Source: Scyliorhinus canicula
Lineage: Eukaryota
Direction of reading: 5' to 3'
Length of the DNA: 64,000 bases
Assembly (NCBI RefSeq): GCF_902713615.1
Contig: NC_052154.1
Location: 59,897,615 to 59,961,614 of the forward strand
Shown: piece by piece, positions 48,692 to 62,819 of the stretch
Layout of the letters: each line of letters starts with the position of its first letter
How positions within the stretch are numbered: position 1 is the first letter of the stretch
Position numbers and translations under genes: made by a program
The notes under the pieces: model-generated
The model's input: only the letters and a program-made list of their open reading frames with translations
Database searches by the model: none
Told to the model about the DNA's origin: nothing

Positions 48692-50384
48692 GTAAGCACT
48701 GTTATTTTTGGTCGGAAACAGATCCCAAATGCCAATAACGAACAGCATTCGTTACCCTCTGGAAGGATGATCTTAAGGTTGCATTTATCTTTCAGCTAAG
48801 GAGCTAACGCTAACTGATTGGTTTACATGTGCAGTTAGCAGACTCTGAACAGTGGGAGTGGGTGTGAAAAGTCGTGTTGAGATATAGGATCAGCAATGAT
48901 CGTTTTGAATGGTGGAGCAGGCTCAAGGGGCTGAATCGTGTAATGCTGCTCCTATTTGTTGGTGCAAAGATAACTTGAGCTCAATGTATTTTTCGACCAC
49001 ACAGATTCTAATCAAAATTTGACATTTCATGGTGGTTTAATACATCCCTGAGCATTTTGAAATGTGGCTTCACCTCAGACTAGAATTATACTATATTGTG
49101 TAAAGTTCTTCTGAGAGGTCTCCCACGTCTCACTTGCCTTTAATCTGCTTAGCTTTTATTTGGGATTTGAAACGCCACTTTTATAGCCAAAATTGCCATT
49201 GCATCACTGAAAAAGTAGTACAACATCACTCTAATAAATTTGTAACTCTTCAGAATAGATTTTCTTGCTTCATTCTCTGAAGGAGGTGGCTTGTGTTGAT
49301 AGTGCCGACAGGATATCAGTATCTCATGTGAATAAATATTTTCTATAACGATCTAGGCATAGGAGTGTCAGTAACCTGTGTGTGACAGAGTGGAGCCTGG
49401 TCTGATCCCCTCTGGTATGCAAAAGCTTTAGATAAGGTAAAATAAATAAGATGGGATCGGAAACCCAGGGTAGTTTCCAAAGTTACTAGATTAGTCCTAG
49501 ATTACTGTGCTCTATCAAAGTAATGAAGGAATTGTTTTGGCTTAACTGATAAATTTATGACTTCTGTGACCCAAGCGGAGCCTTTTGCTGGAGCGCTGTG
49601 CTTTACTTTATAATTTAATCTTTTGAAATAAATACTGCTTTTCAAGGTTGTTAAGCCAAGAATCATAATTCAGCAAAATTCTAGAAGTGAGTGTAAATTG
49701 GAAAAATGCTCAGGATCTGCAGTATTTTGATTTTTTTTTGTAACAAGTCAACCAATTTAGTTGTAAACTTACTTTCCTTCTAGTGGTTAATTGTTAAACA
49801 TAAAGATCATGCCATTCCTTCAAGACCTTACCAACAAACTATCTGGTTTAACACCATTGCCAGGAGAGAAAAGACTACTGAAAAAAGCTTGGCATTAGAT
49901 GTTTCAACAGTTACAACTCCTCCTGGATGTTATTTACCAAATACTCGCAGAACTTTAAAGCTCAGACATTGAGTAAGCATACAGTAAAGGATTGGTAATC
50001 AGTGCAATATTGAGTAATTGTTAGATTTCAAAATATAAAATGTTGGGATAATAAATCCGCTAAAGTGATGAATGAACTGGATCCATTGAAGAGGCAGTCA
50101 AACTGCCCTGTTAATTTAAAATTGGAATCTGTTGGTGTCCAGCTTAACAACCTGGCAGCAGTGATGGGTGTTGTAAAGTCTACAGGGGTGTGCAGAAATG
50201 ACCCTGCTCAGCTCTGCAAATGCAAGGCTACATATCAGCCTGAAAGGTACCAAGCAATCCATGGTCCATGTCAAATATTCAAGACAGCACAAAATAGTTT
50301 AAAGGTATGTTCACAGGAAAAACTGGCTGTGTACATAAATTAAATTTCAGAGAACATGGGGAGTGGTGTTGGGGAGTTGGATTT

Positions 50385-50697
50385 AATAATAATAATATTT
50401 ATTAGTGTCACAAGTAGGCTCACATTAACACTGCAATGAAGTTACCGTGAAAATCCCCCAGTCGCCACACTCTGGCGCCTGTTCGGGTACACGGAGGGAG
50501 AATTCAGAATGTCCAATTCACCTAACAAACACATCTTTCGGGACTTATGGGAGGAAACCGGAGCACCCGGAGGAAACCCACGCAGGCACGGGGAGAACGT
50601 GCAGACTCCGCACAGATAGTGACCTCAGCTTGCAATCGAACCTGGGTCCCTGGTGCTGTGAAGCAACAGTGCTAATCACTGTGCTTCCGTGCCACCC
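50385..50697 (-). mobile_element. tRNA-derived SINE with (ATT)n-ending tail
   Basis: Same structure as 32993-33306. Confidence 0.88.
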
Positions 50698-51729
50698 ATA
50701 GTTGCATTTGAACAAGATATGAACAGCTGTTTGAGCTTCCCTCAATAGTTGATGCACTCAATACAATTTAAGCAGCAGCTTTTAGTTTTGTCATCATTGG
50801 CAACAGCAAATGATCAATATCAGTTCAAATCTGCGCGCACACGTATGTATATAGGTATGTGTCATTACACATGCATTTTGGGTTTAAATGAATCCAGATG
50901 CTTAAGAGAATTCTGCAACTGTCAAAAAGGGAGTATAATCCACTCATGAACTGTCATTGGAGAGATCTAATCATAATGTTGATCAAATATTTAATAACTG
51001 AATTCAGTTGAAATTTGGTATTGTGGCTGATTTCTGATCTTTTTGATGAAATTGTATCCTTTCAAAAGCCTTGGGATTAGTCAGTTTATACAGCTAGCGT
51101 TGATACATGTTGAGCTCGGGCTGTTCGCCCAGTAGGCAGTCAAATTGTCTGGTATGTTTGGTTCTCGGTTGAATTGGCGATTATGTGTCTTTATGTTTTG
51201 GTCCCATTCTCCTTTTTTTTTCTGTCGAGATTGAACCACAGTTGTGTACAGTGTTTCATTTTGAAATTTGAGAATTGCAGAGGTGGGATCCAGGGTAATA
51301 AAAGGTTAGCATCAATTGTAAACGAGTATATAACATGCCTCCAGTGCTGAGTCTCATTACTGCCTTCCCTACCACTCTGCACTCTCACTTTTGGAGAACT
51401 AGCTGTTCCCCTTTAGCTATTACCAATTTCCTGCCACTCTTCCATCCAGAAATTAAAATGTATCCAGTTTAGGATATCACGTGTTAATTGTACCATGAAG
51501 AAAGAAAGAATTCTGCAATGATTCCTTAAGAACAAAAATAAATTGAACATTTTTTAATTGCTGACATCTCTTGCAAAATTGAAGAGGGAGGGATTACTGT
51601 AATCCTGATTATGGGTTTCCGATAAATGTGTTCTTTAAATTTCACCTGAGCTGTTTCATTGTTATCTCTTACTCCCTCAGCACATTTCAGCAAAGTCATC
51701 TGAAGATTTAATTTATAAATCTTTTATTT

Positions 51730-52087
51730 GGGGCAGCACGGTAGCATAGTGGTTAGCACAATTGCTTCACAGCTCCAGGGTCCCAGGTTCGATTCCGGCT
51801 TGGGTCACTGTCTGTGTGGAGTCTGCACATCCTCCCCGTGTGTGCGTGGGTTTTCTCCGGGTGCTCCGGTTTCCTCCCACAGTCCAAAGATGTGCTGGTT
51901 AGGTGGATTGGCCATGATAAATTGCCCTTAGTGTCCAAAATTGCCCTTGGTATTGGGTGGGGTTACTGGGTTATGGGAATAGGGTGGAGGTGGTGACCTA
52001 GGGTAAGGTGCTCTTTCCAAGAGCCGGTGCAGACTCGATGGGCCGAATGGCCTCCTTCTGCACTGTAAATTCTATGATAATCTATGA
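51730..52087 (+). mobile_element. HE1/V-SINE-like SINE with CR1-type tail
   Basis: Highly similar to 13581-13926. Confidence 0.9.
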
Positions 52088-52140
52088 TTTCTGGGGTCTC
52101 TTGTGAACTCAGGCTATCATGAAGTATGTTAATTTCCTTA

Positions 52141-53545
52141 TCTCTCCCCTCCCTTCTTCTTGGACAGTCCTTCAGCATCGAGGATGACTTGCTTCCACTC
52201 TGAGGAGGTGGGTTTTGTGGTGGCTGAATAGTCCAATCCTGGATCCACAGACTCTGCCGCAGGTGGTGCTTGGTGGGTGGGAGGATGGGACATTCTGGAT
52301 TGTGTGCCGTCTTTCCGCTGTTTATGCTTGGCCTCCGCGTTCTCCACCCTGTGACGCTCGAGGTGATTGGTACCTTCGCAGATGCTTCTTCTCCAGTTTG
52401 TGCACTTCCCATGTTGATGGGATGTTGCATGTATTTAGGGAGGCCTTCAGTGTCCTTGTAGCATTTCCTCTGCCCTCCCAAGTGATTACTTGCCATTGTG
52501 CAGCTTGGAGTAGAGCACTTGTTTCAGCAGTCTTGTGTCGGGCATGCAGACAATGTGGCCTGCCCATCGCAGCTGGTCGAGTGTGACCAGTGCCTTAACA
52601 CTGGGGATATTGATCTGGGAGAGGATGCTCACATTGATACGTCTGTCTTGCCAGTAGATTTGCAGAGGTAACGTTGGTGATATCTCCAGCGAATTGAGTT
52701 GTCTGTTTTACATTGTCCGTGTTTCTGTTGCATACAGGAGGGTGGGGAACATGGCTGCTTTGTAGACCATGAGCTTGGTGCTGGATCTGAGGCCTCGGTC
52801 TTCGAACACACTTCCTCAGACGTCTGAAGACTGCACTCAAGCATTGGAGTTGATGCTGTATTTCATCATCGATGTCTGCTAGCGCCGAGATGGCTGGGAG
52901 ACAACCATTGTTTTCCTGATGTTTAGTCTGAGGCCCATTCTCTCATATGCCTAGGTGAAAGCATCGATGATGGTTTGCAGCTCGGCCTGAGTGAGCACAC
53001 ATAGGCACCGACTGAGTACTGCAGCTCGACGACAGAACTTGGGGTGTTCTTGGTTCTGGCCTGGAGGTGTCAGAGGTTAAACAGTTTCCCGCTTGTACAG
53101 TAGCTTAGCTCCAGGGTGATGGGGTGAAGTATTTCTGCAAGAATGGAGAAGACGTGGTGTGACGTCGCAGCCCTGTTTGGCCCCAGTCAAATATTGGTTC
53201 TGTGGTGGTTCTGTTGGTGAGGATCATGGCTTGGAGGTCGTTGGTGGAGCAGGCGGAGAATCGTGACAAATTTCTGCGGGCAGCCAAATTTGAGAAGGAT
53301 CCCTCACAGTTGACAGAGTCGAAAGCTTTTGTAAGATCGAGGAAGACCATGTATAGAGATTTATGCTTCTCCCTGCACTTTTCCTGGATTTGTTGAAGAT
53401 AGTGTTCATTGTGCCTTTTGATGGGAGGAGCCCTTCAGCCACTAGGAGGAGGCGGTTGAGGAGGATTCTTGTGATGACCATTCCTGTGGCGCAGAGTAAG
53501 GAAATCCCTCTATAATTTCCACAGTTGGATCTGCCTCCTTTCACA
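52141..53545 (-). mobile_element. RTE-clade LINE fragment
   Basis: NYRGISLLCATG...RILLNRL and FLDLTKAFDSVN RT motifs; degenerate C-terminus. Confidence 0.8.
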
Positions 53546-56500
53546 GCTCTAAGACATATGTAACATATGTAAATTGCCTCAATTGGAAACAACATGGGCA
53601 TATTTCAATAGCTGTTGGATAGAGTTAGAGATATTTGTTCAATCGCTCAATATCTGGATGAAACAAATCCATGAAATGTTTTCCAGAGCTTTTAGTAGTT
53701 CACCCAGTTACAAAGTCTTTGATAATCCTGTGCAAAATGTTTGGAAGGAATCAAAAGATTGCAAGTTATTTAGACTTGACAATTGTTAGAATCCAGTTTG
53801 TAACATCCGTGTTCATAAAGCTGTAGCTCCTTTGAACTTTTTTATTGAATTTGCTCCTGAATACATTTTGATGTATGAATACATCACACGAAGCAGGGGA
53901 ATGGCACTAATTCATGATGCTCGTTTGGAGGGCCAGTGCAGACATGATGGGCTAAATGACCTCCTTCTGCACCGTAACAATTCTGTGATGATCCAATCTG
54001 TTCGCCCTGGAGAGAGGTTGCCAATGTAAATAAGTGTTGCCTTTCCCAGTTTTTCCAGCCCCGCCCATCCCCAGTATCTGTGAGAAAGCATGTGGGCATT
54101 GACAAATAGTCATGATATTATAACATTTCTTGCCTCATAGACCACAATAGGAACCTGTTTCGAATCTGTATAATAGTAGCTGTCAAGATAGTGCACATAT
54201 AGTGTAATAAGAGAAGTTAGCACTTCATATAGGACACAATAAATTAAGCTTCTTTACACCTTAAATGTGTGGCAAAATATTGCACTACACAATATCAGCA
54301 TAACTGCTGGAGTGACTAGGTGAACTACTAAAGGCTCCAAAAACATTGAATCGATTGACATCATCGCGATATTGAGCAATATAGATTTACTTCATCCAGA
54401 TATTGAGCGATTGACCCAATACTCATCCAGCAAACAGTTTTGAAACTGTGTATTTCTAATTTTTGTATGAGGTAGATGAGCCACAAATGGGAGGTGGTCA
54501 AAGAGATGGGTTTAAGGAGCGTTCTAAAGGGGGGAGGAGAGACAGGGATGTAAGAAGGGGATTCCAAAGTTTAAGGCTGAAGTGGTTGAAGGCATCACCA
54601 CCTTTACTATACTAATTAGAATCTGGGAAATCAAAGAGTGTTTTTTTTTTTTTACATCACTTGATCGGAAACCAGTCTGGTTTCGGCCAGAGAGCGCACG
54701 GCTGGCAGGTAAACGGGCCTCAGTATGAGGAGGACACAGGCAGCAGCATTTTGTATGATCTTAAATTTAAGAAGGGTAGTATGTGGGAAGCTGGTTAGAA
54801 ATGCATTTGAATAATCAAGTCTAAAGATCGGAGTGTTCGGAATGGGGGTTTCAGCCAGCAGCCAATAAGCTGAGGCAGGCATGAATCGAGGCACTGTTAA
54901 GGGGTAGAAATAGGCGGGGCCATTCACAATAAAATATCAAATTTTACATACACGTCTTCTCATTGACCTTACTCCAAAAATAGCTGGAAAAATAATTTGA
55001 ATATGTTGCAACATATTTAAACTTTTGGATACAGTGCATGTAAATTTGTGGGAACCTGGTTGTGTTATGCTTTTCTCCTATTTTAAATCGGCTCACTTTA
55101 TCAACTTTCCTCAAGTTAATTATTACACATGTTGGTCTGTAGTTTTCAGGAACGCTTCTTAACTCTGATGGTGTGATGCCCCAGGACCTTTCCCCAGATT
55201 TAATTAGTGTGCATACATGTCTAAAATTTACCTCATTTGGTTGCTATCTCCTTTGTAACGCAACGTGTTTGCAGCATTTGCTGTATCCAAAGCCATTATT
55301 GTAATTGCGCCATTGGCAGGTTGATGTACCATGAGCTGCGTATTTTTTATTTATAAAGGTGGGGACCTTTACAATAAACCATTTTACTGAAAACGGAAAT
55401 GTGCTTGATGCCTGATTATGCAGAGTAAGCTCATTTTGACGTTGTGCTTCTCGGTACATATTGGACGTTCGGGTTTACCTTGTAGTATGCATTGATTAAG
55501 CTTTGTTTTTAAAAGGTTATAACCTAATGACGCTCTTTAAATTGATGGTGAGTACTCTGGTGTGATGGAAACTTGTGGTTAGCTGGATGATGTGACTTGG
55601 AGCATATTATGGATTTCTTCAGGAAATTGATGTATCGGAAAGCAAAATTAACTGTTAGAAAGTGTCGGGATTGAGGGAGAGTAGTTTAAAAGGATGACGT
55701 TGTACATTATAGCACATCTGACCAGTTTTGATAGTCAAAGAAACATTTGTTTCAGAATTATTCAGCTGTAATTACTACGTCGTGAATTATTTGTTAATTT
55801 CTTAATCAATTTTTAAGATAATTCCGTTGCAGTTCACATATTCTTGTGTTCATTACATATATGTTCTGGATGGAAGTTGTACAAATTTTAGGTTGCACAA
55901 AAATATGCTGGAATATACTTATGGCATTATCATTTGTCATGGTATAGTGATTGTTTTGTAACTGGTCAGTAGGTTTTATAATTGCTTCTCGTTGCTATGC
56001 ATCTGCTTTATTATTAAGCATTTAGCACTTCAAAACTTCTTATTTTGTTCATCACTTTTGCGTTGAATCCATTAGCTCAAACTAAAATCAATTTATTGGA
56101 ATAGTGTCTTGTAACATTGCCTCAAACTATTAAAAGCTTGTAAAATTCAAGGAGGGTAATTCATAGGTAAATAAATCATAAATGACTTTAGTAATGTGAC
56201 TGAAGTTCTTGGCTGCATTATTTCCTTTAGAGACTGAACAATGCTTATCTGCCCAGTAATCCTTAGGAATATATTTTTAAAAAAACACTGCTTTAATTGT
56301 CTTTTTTTATATCGAGTTAGATGATGAAGGGGTTGAAAAATCTTTATAAGCGCACCTAAAACAAATCCCTCTGGTCTTTTACTGAAAGGAGTATTGGTCA
56401 ATATTTATTGACTAATTGCACCAGATGGTTAGAGAGTTAATGCAATGAATATGCTTAGCAGATTTAGCGTAATGGATTAGAAGATTTTATTTAGCTGTGT

Positions 56501-58019
56501 GTATTTGATTACATATTTCTTGCTTTCACCAATCATTTGTCTCCCTGTCCATCCTTTCCCATAAACAATTGACGTTAAAATATAGTGGTATAATATTTCC
56601 TGAAACAGTGCAACTGGGAACATATAACAACAGCAATGTATATTTATTCAACACATTTAACCTAGGGCACTTCACACAAGCATTATGAATTAAAATTAAA
56701 TGCCGAGCCAACAGGTAGATTTTAAGGAGTGTCTTCAAGGGTGTTGGGGGGGGGGGGGGGGGGGGGGGGGGGAGGAACTTCAGTCTAGGGCTGAAGGTAG
56801 CACCACTAATAGAGTAATTAAAATCCAGGATGCTCAAGGTCAGAATTAGATGAGAGCATTTTGGTCTATGGGGGATTACAGGGACGGGAAAGACAGTAGA
56901 AAGATTTGAAAATAAGGATCATTTAAAAATTGAGCTGCCATTTTACTGGGAAACCAGGGTAAGCCAGCAAGCATAAGGCTGGTAGGGACTTGTTGCAAGT
57001 AAGGAATGTGGGAAGCTAGTGAGCCAGAAATGTATTGGAATAATCAAGTCTAAAGATAAAGGTATGAATGAGGGTTTCAGCAGCAGATAAAATGAGGCAG
57101 GCATGACTCTGGGCAGTGGCCATTCACTGTAACATACCGAGTTATATACACTGGTCTTCCCATTCTGACATTACTCCACAAATTCCAGGATTAGTTATTT
57201 AAATATGCTGCACCTCCGCACCGAGTTGAATTGGGAATGTCACAAGAGGCTCAGATAATGCTGTGACAAAGCTCGTGAAGTAAAATTTGATCTTCAGTCA
57301 TTTGGATAAAGTATGTTCATATTTTGGGTAGGAATCCTTTTTCAGAATTGAGAAAAGGAAATGGTTGAATATCTTCGATCTATGACTGACCTAAACACAG
57401 GATGGACAGGAGAGCAATGGCTAAAATTACAAATCAAATATGCCATCTATTGGTGCAAAAGGAAAAGTAGCCCTGTGACCATACATGCTTTAAAAGAAGT
57501 GAAGAATTGAAAGTTTACACTCAGTGTGGAAACTAGCACTAAGGTGTTGCATCTTTCTATGCTCGTATGAGGAAGAGGAAACAAAGGGGAAGGGAGAGTG
57601 AATAATCTCCAGAAGATGATGGTTGATGGGATCGCAATGTAGATGATGGAAGATGATCTGGGGAATGCAGAGGTATGTGTATTGGAGCACCAACTAAAGG
57701 AGGACTATTGATCTTGTGAAGAGGAGAGCAGCGATGCAGGAAATGGGTCAGCTACAACTCCTACCCTCGACTTTTCCTCAATTGTGGTTATTATCAAAGG
57801 AAAAAAGCTGTTTCAGGACCTCTGATGTGGAAAACTAAGGTAACAGAGAGAATAAATGGAACTGTTGTTGGCAGAAAGGTGAAAAAAATATCATAGCGAG
57901 TCTGGACTTTTTCGAGTAAGTATCTGGAAATTTTGTTGCCTTAGTTATAGTCTGGGAAGATAAAGTCAGATTTAAGCAATATAAAGACGAGGGACAAATC
58001 ACAGGGGAAATGTAGTACG

Positions 58020-58264
58020 TCACTGTGCTTCACAGCGCCACTGGCTTGGGTCACTGTCTGTGCAGAGTCTGCACCTTCTCCCTGTGTCAGTGTGGGTTTC
58101 CTCCCAGTGCGGCTTCCTCTCGAGTCCCGAAAGATGTGCTTGTTGGGTGAATTGAACGTTCTGTGTACCTGAACAGACGCCGGAGTGTGGCAACTAGGGG
58201 CTTTTCACAATAACTTCATTGCCGTGTTAATGTAAGCCTACTTGTGATAAAGATTATTATTATT
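58020..58264 (+). mobile_element. Degraded SINE with (ATT)n-ending tail
   Basis: Core GGGTCACTGTCTGTGC and tail ACTAGGGGCTTTTCACA...ATTATT. Confidence 0.8.
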
Positions 58265-59536
58265 AGTCACAAACTTCTCCAGATCTTTGTGGATATCATT
58301 TAGTATTTAGCTAAATCTAGATTTGTTGTGGCGTGGAAAGAGTCTTTTGTAGAGGTTTGCACAATTTATCTGTGGAATGTGTAGGGGTGTACTGAGGAGT
58401 TTACTTGCAGCATATTTACTTGCCCTGTTAATTTGCGTACATCTCTCACTGCCGATCGAGGCAGTTCCTGGTGTTCTGATGTAGACCATATCTACAAGTA
58501 AAGCAACAAACTAAAATCTGCCCTTTCCAGACCACTGTGCTGCTGAATGTCAAGCAGACCAAACTAACCAACAAGAAACAAAACTGTACATTGTTGCACA
58601 TTAACTGCCTTGTGTTGGACTTTTGGGGCTTGAGAATCATGTAGCCCTAGGCCAAAGGTTGGATGCTCATGCCTCATAACATCAGCTCGGGGTACAATAG
58701 GTGGAGGTAAATATAGTTGTGCTAACAAAAGCAAAAAGAGGTAGCTCATGGTTTTACTAGCTGTAAATGACATTCCAAAATAATAAAAAATAAATGAGTG
58801 ATTTACACCATACAAAGCTCAACAAACCAGGCAGATGAACAACCATTAGAAAGACAAACGGGAATATAACTAAACAGACACTTTATGCCCATTTGATTTG
58901 ACCTGTCCAGTGATTCCCACAGGACATTGATGGTATCATTGATAATGCAATGTGATTATGGTTTATTTTATTTATATTTTTTGTAAAGCTCAGTTTGAAA
59001 AGATCAATTTGTATTAATATTGGGGGATTGGTGCTCTGCTCCAGATTGGGGAACTTAAAGTACCGCTATTCATCTTCTTCAAAAATCATCATAATCTCAT
59101 TTTGAAATTGCTAGAATCTTAATTTGTTTAACTATTTTTCTGTACAGGTGATGCATACAGTCACTTACATGTTACTTTCAAGCATGTCACCAGTTTTAAA
59201 AATTGGACTTCAAAATTTGAACTTTGCCTTGAGAAGTTTGATATTTCCTTTGTGACTATTATGATTGAAGTTTATACAAGATTGTCTGTTGTTTGCAAAA
59301 CTTGCAAAGGAGACACAAACAGAAAATCTTCAATGTCTATAGTTTGAAATTAGTTTTTTTTTTCTGGCAGGAAGGAAGATAGAGATACTTTATATTCTTG
59401 CCCTTCTCCACTGCCTCGTCTCTCTTCTCCCTCCCCCCCCCACCCCCCCCCACTTTAAAAAAAAAAGTAACATGTGTTCTCATTGTCTAAGCTGGAGGAA
59501 GTGCTAATTTCTCATATCAATTAATTTAATTTACAG

Positions 59537-59757
59537 CCATGTTTCACGATTTGTGTTGAGAACCTTGGGACGTGCATTTTTCTTCTGTGTGGGCTTCATA
59601 CAAATTAAGGTGACGGGAAAAAAGGCCACAGTAGCTGAGGCGCCGATTCTTGTGGTTGCTCCTCACTCAACTTTTTTTGATGCAGTTGTGAATATCGTTG
59701 CTGAGATGCCATCAATTGTCTCAAGAGCAGAGAATGCGGACATTCCATTGTTTGGAT
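59537..59757 (+). CDS. LPCAT2: LPCAT2(-like) coding exon 3 with catalytic HxxxxD motif
   Basis: TTACAG acceptor; ...EAPILVVAPHSTFFDAVVNIVAEMPSIVSRAENADIPLFG; donor GTGAGT; 221 nt, phase 2 to 1. Confidence 0.95.
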
Positions 59758-60169
59758 GTGAGTTTATTTTAAATTTATCATTGTTTTGGTTGCACATTTT
59801 GCTTTAAATTCACATTAGAAAACTTGCTAAATGTTTTGGTTGTAATTTTGTGTTTGGGTTATGAGTATGTGATAATGAGGTGTTAAAATGTAACATTTTG
59901 CAAGTCTGTTTCTTGAAGTGTTGTTATCTATGTCAATAAAAATAAAAGCACAGAGGAAAATGTTGAAAGCATATTGATGCATTCCAAACATAATGGTATT
60001 AAAATATTGCTAAACGGTCAGTAGAAAATTACTAACAAATTAAACGAGTGGAAACTCTGACCACAAGCAAGAGTGTAATAAGTTTGTGTTCCACATGCCA
60101 GGCTCATTTAATAATGTTTAAAATATCCTCAAAGGAGATGTTTATCATAACAGCAATAGTGCCACAGTA

Positions 60170-62250
60170 TTTTTTTTTGTAACCACTGCATACCTTAGTG
60201 TGCATATGAAATCAATTTCTCATCTGTAATTCTCCTGTCTGGAAGACTCAGAATTAAGAACAAAGGATTAAACTCTAAGGCTCTGTCAGATATAATTTTA
60301 AGCTCCCTAACTACACCAGACCAATAGGATTGAATCTTAACACGGGTCCATATACAATGTATATAATCACCCTCGACAACCAGGCGCTTTGCGCACATCA
60401 GGAATATAGTAGGATCAAACCTCTGTCTCAGACAAGTGTGATATGTAAATTGTGCAGTATTGCCAATGCAGCTCCAATATTTCAAGTGGGGTTTGGGTGT
60501 CCTGAATATTAGGCTGTATCAACTGGCCTCCCACCTTGGATTTATGAGAGATTGGATTATGTCTCCTTCTTGAGTTTCCTTCATTCAATTACAAACCAAA
60601 TATTTATTGGCATAATTCCATATACTGCCCCATGTTTTCTCATCAATATTAATTGTTGAGTCTTTTTCCCAAGACTACAAGGATCCAACACAGGATTTAA
60701 AGCACAAGGTATCATTGAACTTGCTAATCACTCGTCTAGGCTCTGTAGAAATCAGGATTTTTTTCGAGCGAGGAAATTGAGAAGTTACTGGGTGGCACGG
60801 TAGCACAACGGTTAACACAGTTGCTTCATAGCTCCAGTGTCCCAGGTTTGATTCCCAGCTTGGGTCATGGCCTGTGTCGAGTCTGCACGTTCTCCTGTGT
60901 TTGCATAGGTTTCCTCCGGGTGCTGCGGTTTCCTCCCACTGTCTAAAGATGTGCAGGTTAGATGGATTGGCCATGCTAAATTGCCCTTTATGTCCAAACA
61001 AAAAAGGTTAGGTGGGGTTACTGGGTTATGGGGATAGGGTGAAGGTGTGGTCTTGGGTAGGGTGCTCTTTCCAAGGGCCGGTGCAGACCCGACGGGCCAA
61101 ATGGCCTCCTTCTACACTGTAAATTCATTCTATGATTAGATGCAGGATTGTTTTATTCAGGATAAAGTCTCTTAGTTGCAGATACTTATAAAAAGCAGCA
61201 TCTTTGGATATCAAGTAGCTGGCATAGCTGCTCAAAGGATGACCAGAAGGTCACTGAATGTGTTTCCCAGCCTCCAAATGCCTCTATCTCTCCAAGTATT
61301 GAATCTATGGTCCTTAAGACTTTGCAGGAAATCTGGGCAGCCCTGGATGGGAGAAGGAGTGGAAGACAGGTTGGATCTCCCTTCTAGTTGGTCGAAGATT
61401 CTCCATGCCCTAAGAATGTTAACAATAATCGAATTTGCGCATCTAGCAGAACCTGTCCTATTGTCCCCATAAAATAACAAACTACTTTGTTTCAATATCC
61501 AGCCAAATGGAGGCAGGGTCCTTCCTAATCCAATCTCTCATAAATCTAAGGTGGGTGGCCAGTTGATACAGCCTAATATTCGGGACACCCAAACCCCCCT
61601 TGGAATATTGGAGCTGCATTGGCAAACTTTAGAAGAGGTTTTTCCATTTTCCAAATAAAGACATTCTATTAATCTATAAGATTCTAGCTGACAACAAAAT
61701 TGGCAACATATGTAAGGGGTATAGAAATCTAGGCGACACATTCATTTTAACTAAGACAATCCTGCTCAGCCATGAGACCGACAGGGAAGACCAACAAGTC
61801 AAATCCCACCTAATAGAAACAATCAACTGAGGAAGGTTAGCCCCATATAACTGCCGAAAAGAACGGGCAGTTGAAACACCAGGTACTTAAATCCCTATGT
61901 GGTCCACCAAAAAGGAAAATAAGGGAGGGGGAGGTTTCCCCCTCCACTCTCCCACAGGCATAGCTTCTGAACTTTGTAAAATTAATCTTGTAACCAGAGA
62001 AGGCACTAAACCCATCCACCATGTCAATGCCAGCGGGAATGGAGACATCCGGCTTCGACACGAACACCACCACATCATCCGCATAGAGCATAATCTTATG
62101 CTGCCTCTCCCCACAACCCAGCCCCGATATCAAGGAGTCCCGCCTCATACCCCCGCCAGCGACTCGACTATTCTCCTGCACTTCTGGCTGATCTCCCATA
62201 CTCTGCCCTCCCTGAATTTGAGGCAATCCAAAACTCTGCTGCCCGTTTCT
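60170..62250 (-). mobile_element. Old L1-clade LINE ORF2 remnant
   Basis: HKIMLYADDVVVF...FSGYKINFTK and C-terminal YIHCIW motif. Confidence 0.75.
60790..61135 (+). mobile_element. HE1/V-SINE-like SINE with CR1-type tail
   Basis: Homologous to 13581-13926 and 51730-52087. Confidence 0.88.
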
Positions 62251-62819
62251 TAATTAGCACCAAATCCCATTATTTATGACCTATGTTGGCTGCCAGTCAT
62301 GCAACACCTAGATTTTAAAATTCCCATCCTTGTTTTCATATCTTCCCTGGCCTTGTTGCCCTTTCTTATCTCTGTAATCTCCTGTAGCTCCACAACTCTA
62401 CACAAAATCTGCACTTATATAGTTATGGCTTCTTAAGCAACCCTGATTTTAATTGCTTCACTATTGGTGCCCATGCCTTCAGCTGCCAAAGCTCTGAAAT
62501 ACTCTCCCTATACCTCTCTTCCTTGATTTCCTCTATTTCCTCCTTTTAAGACGCTCCTTAAAAAAAAATCTATTTCTTTGACCAAATTTGTTTGGTTGTG
62601 TGGCCTAAAAATTCCCTTGCTGCTCAGTCATTTTTTTATTTTATGAAGCTCCTATGAAGTGACTTGGGATGATGAATATAGGTTGTTGTTCGAATGCATC
62701 CCAAATTTCCAGCTGTAAATGGTGGCTGGTGTTAGAAGTGGGGAAAAAGAAATCTCATATGGGTGCTTTAAAGATCCTTTTCAAACGTCGGAGGGTTTGG
62801 TACACTGTTACATCAGAGA

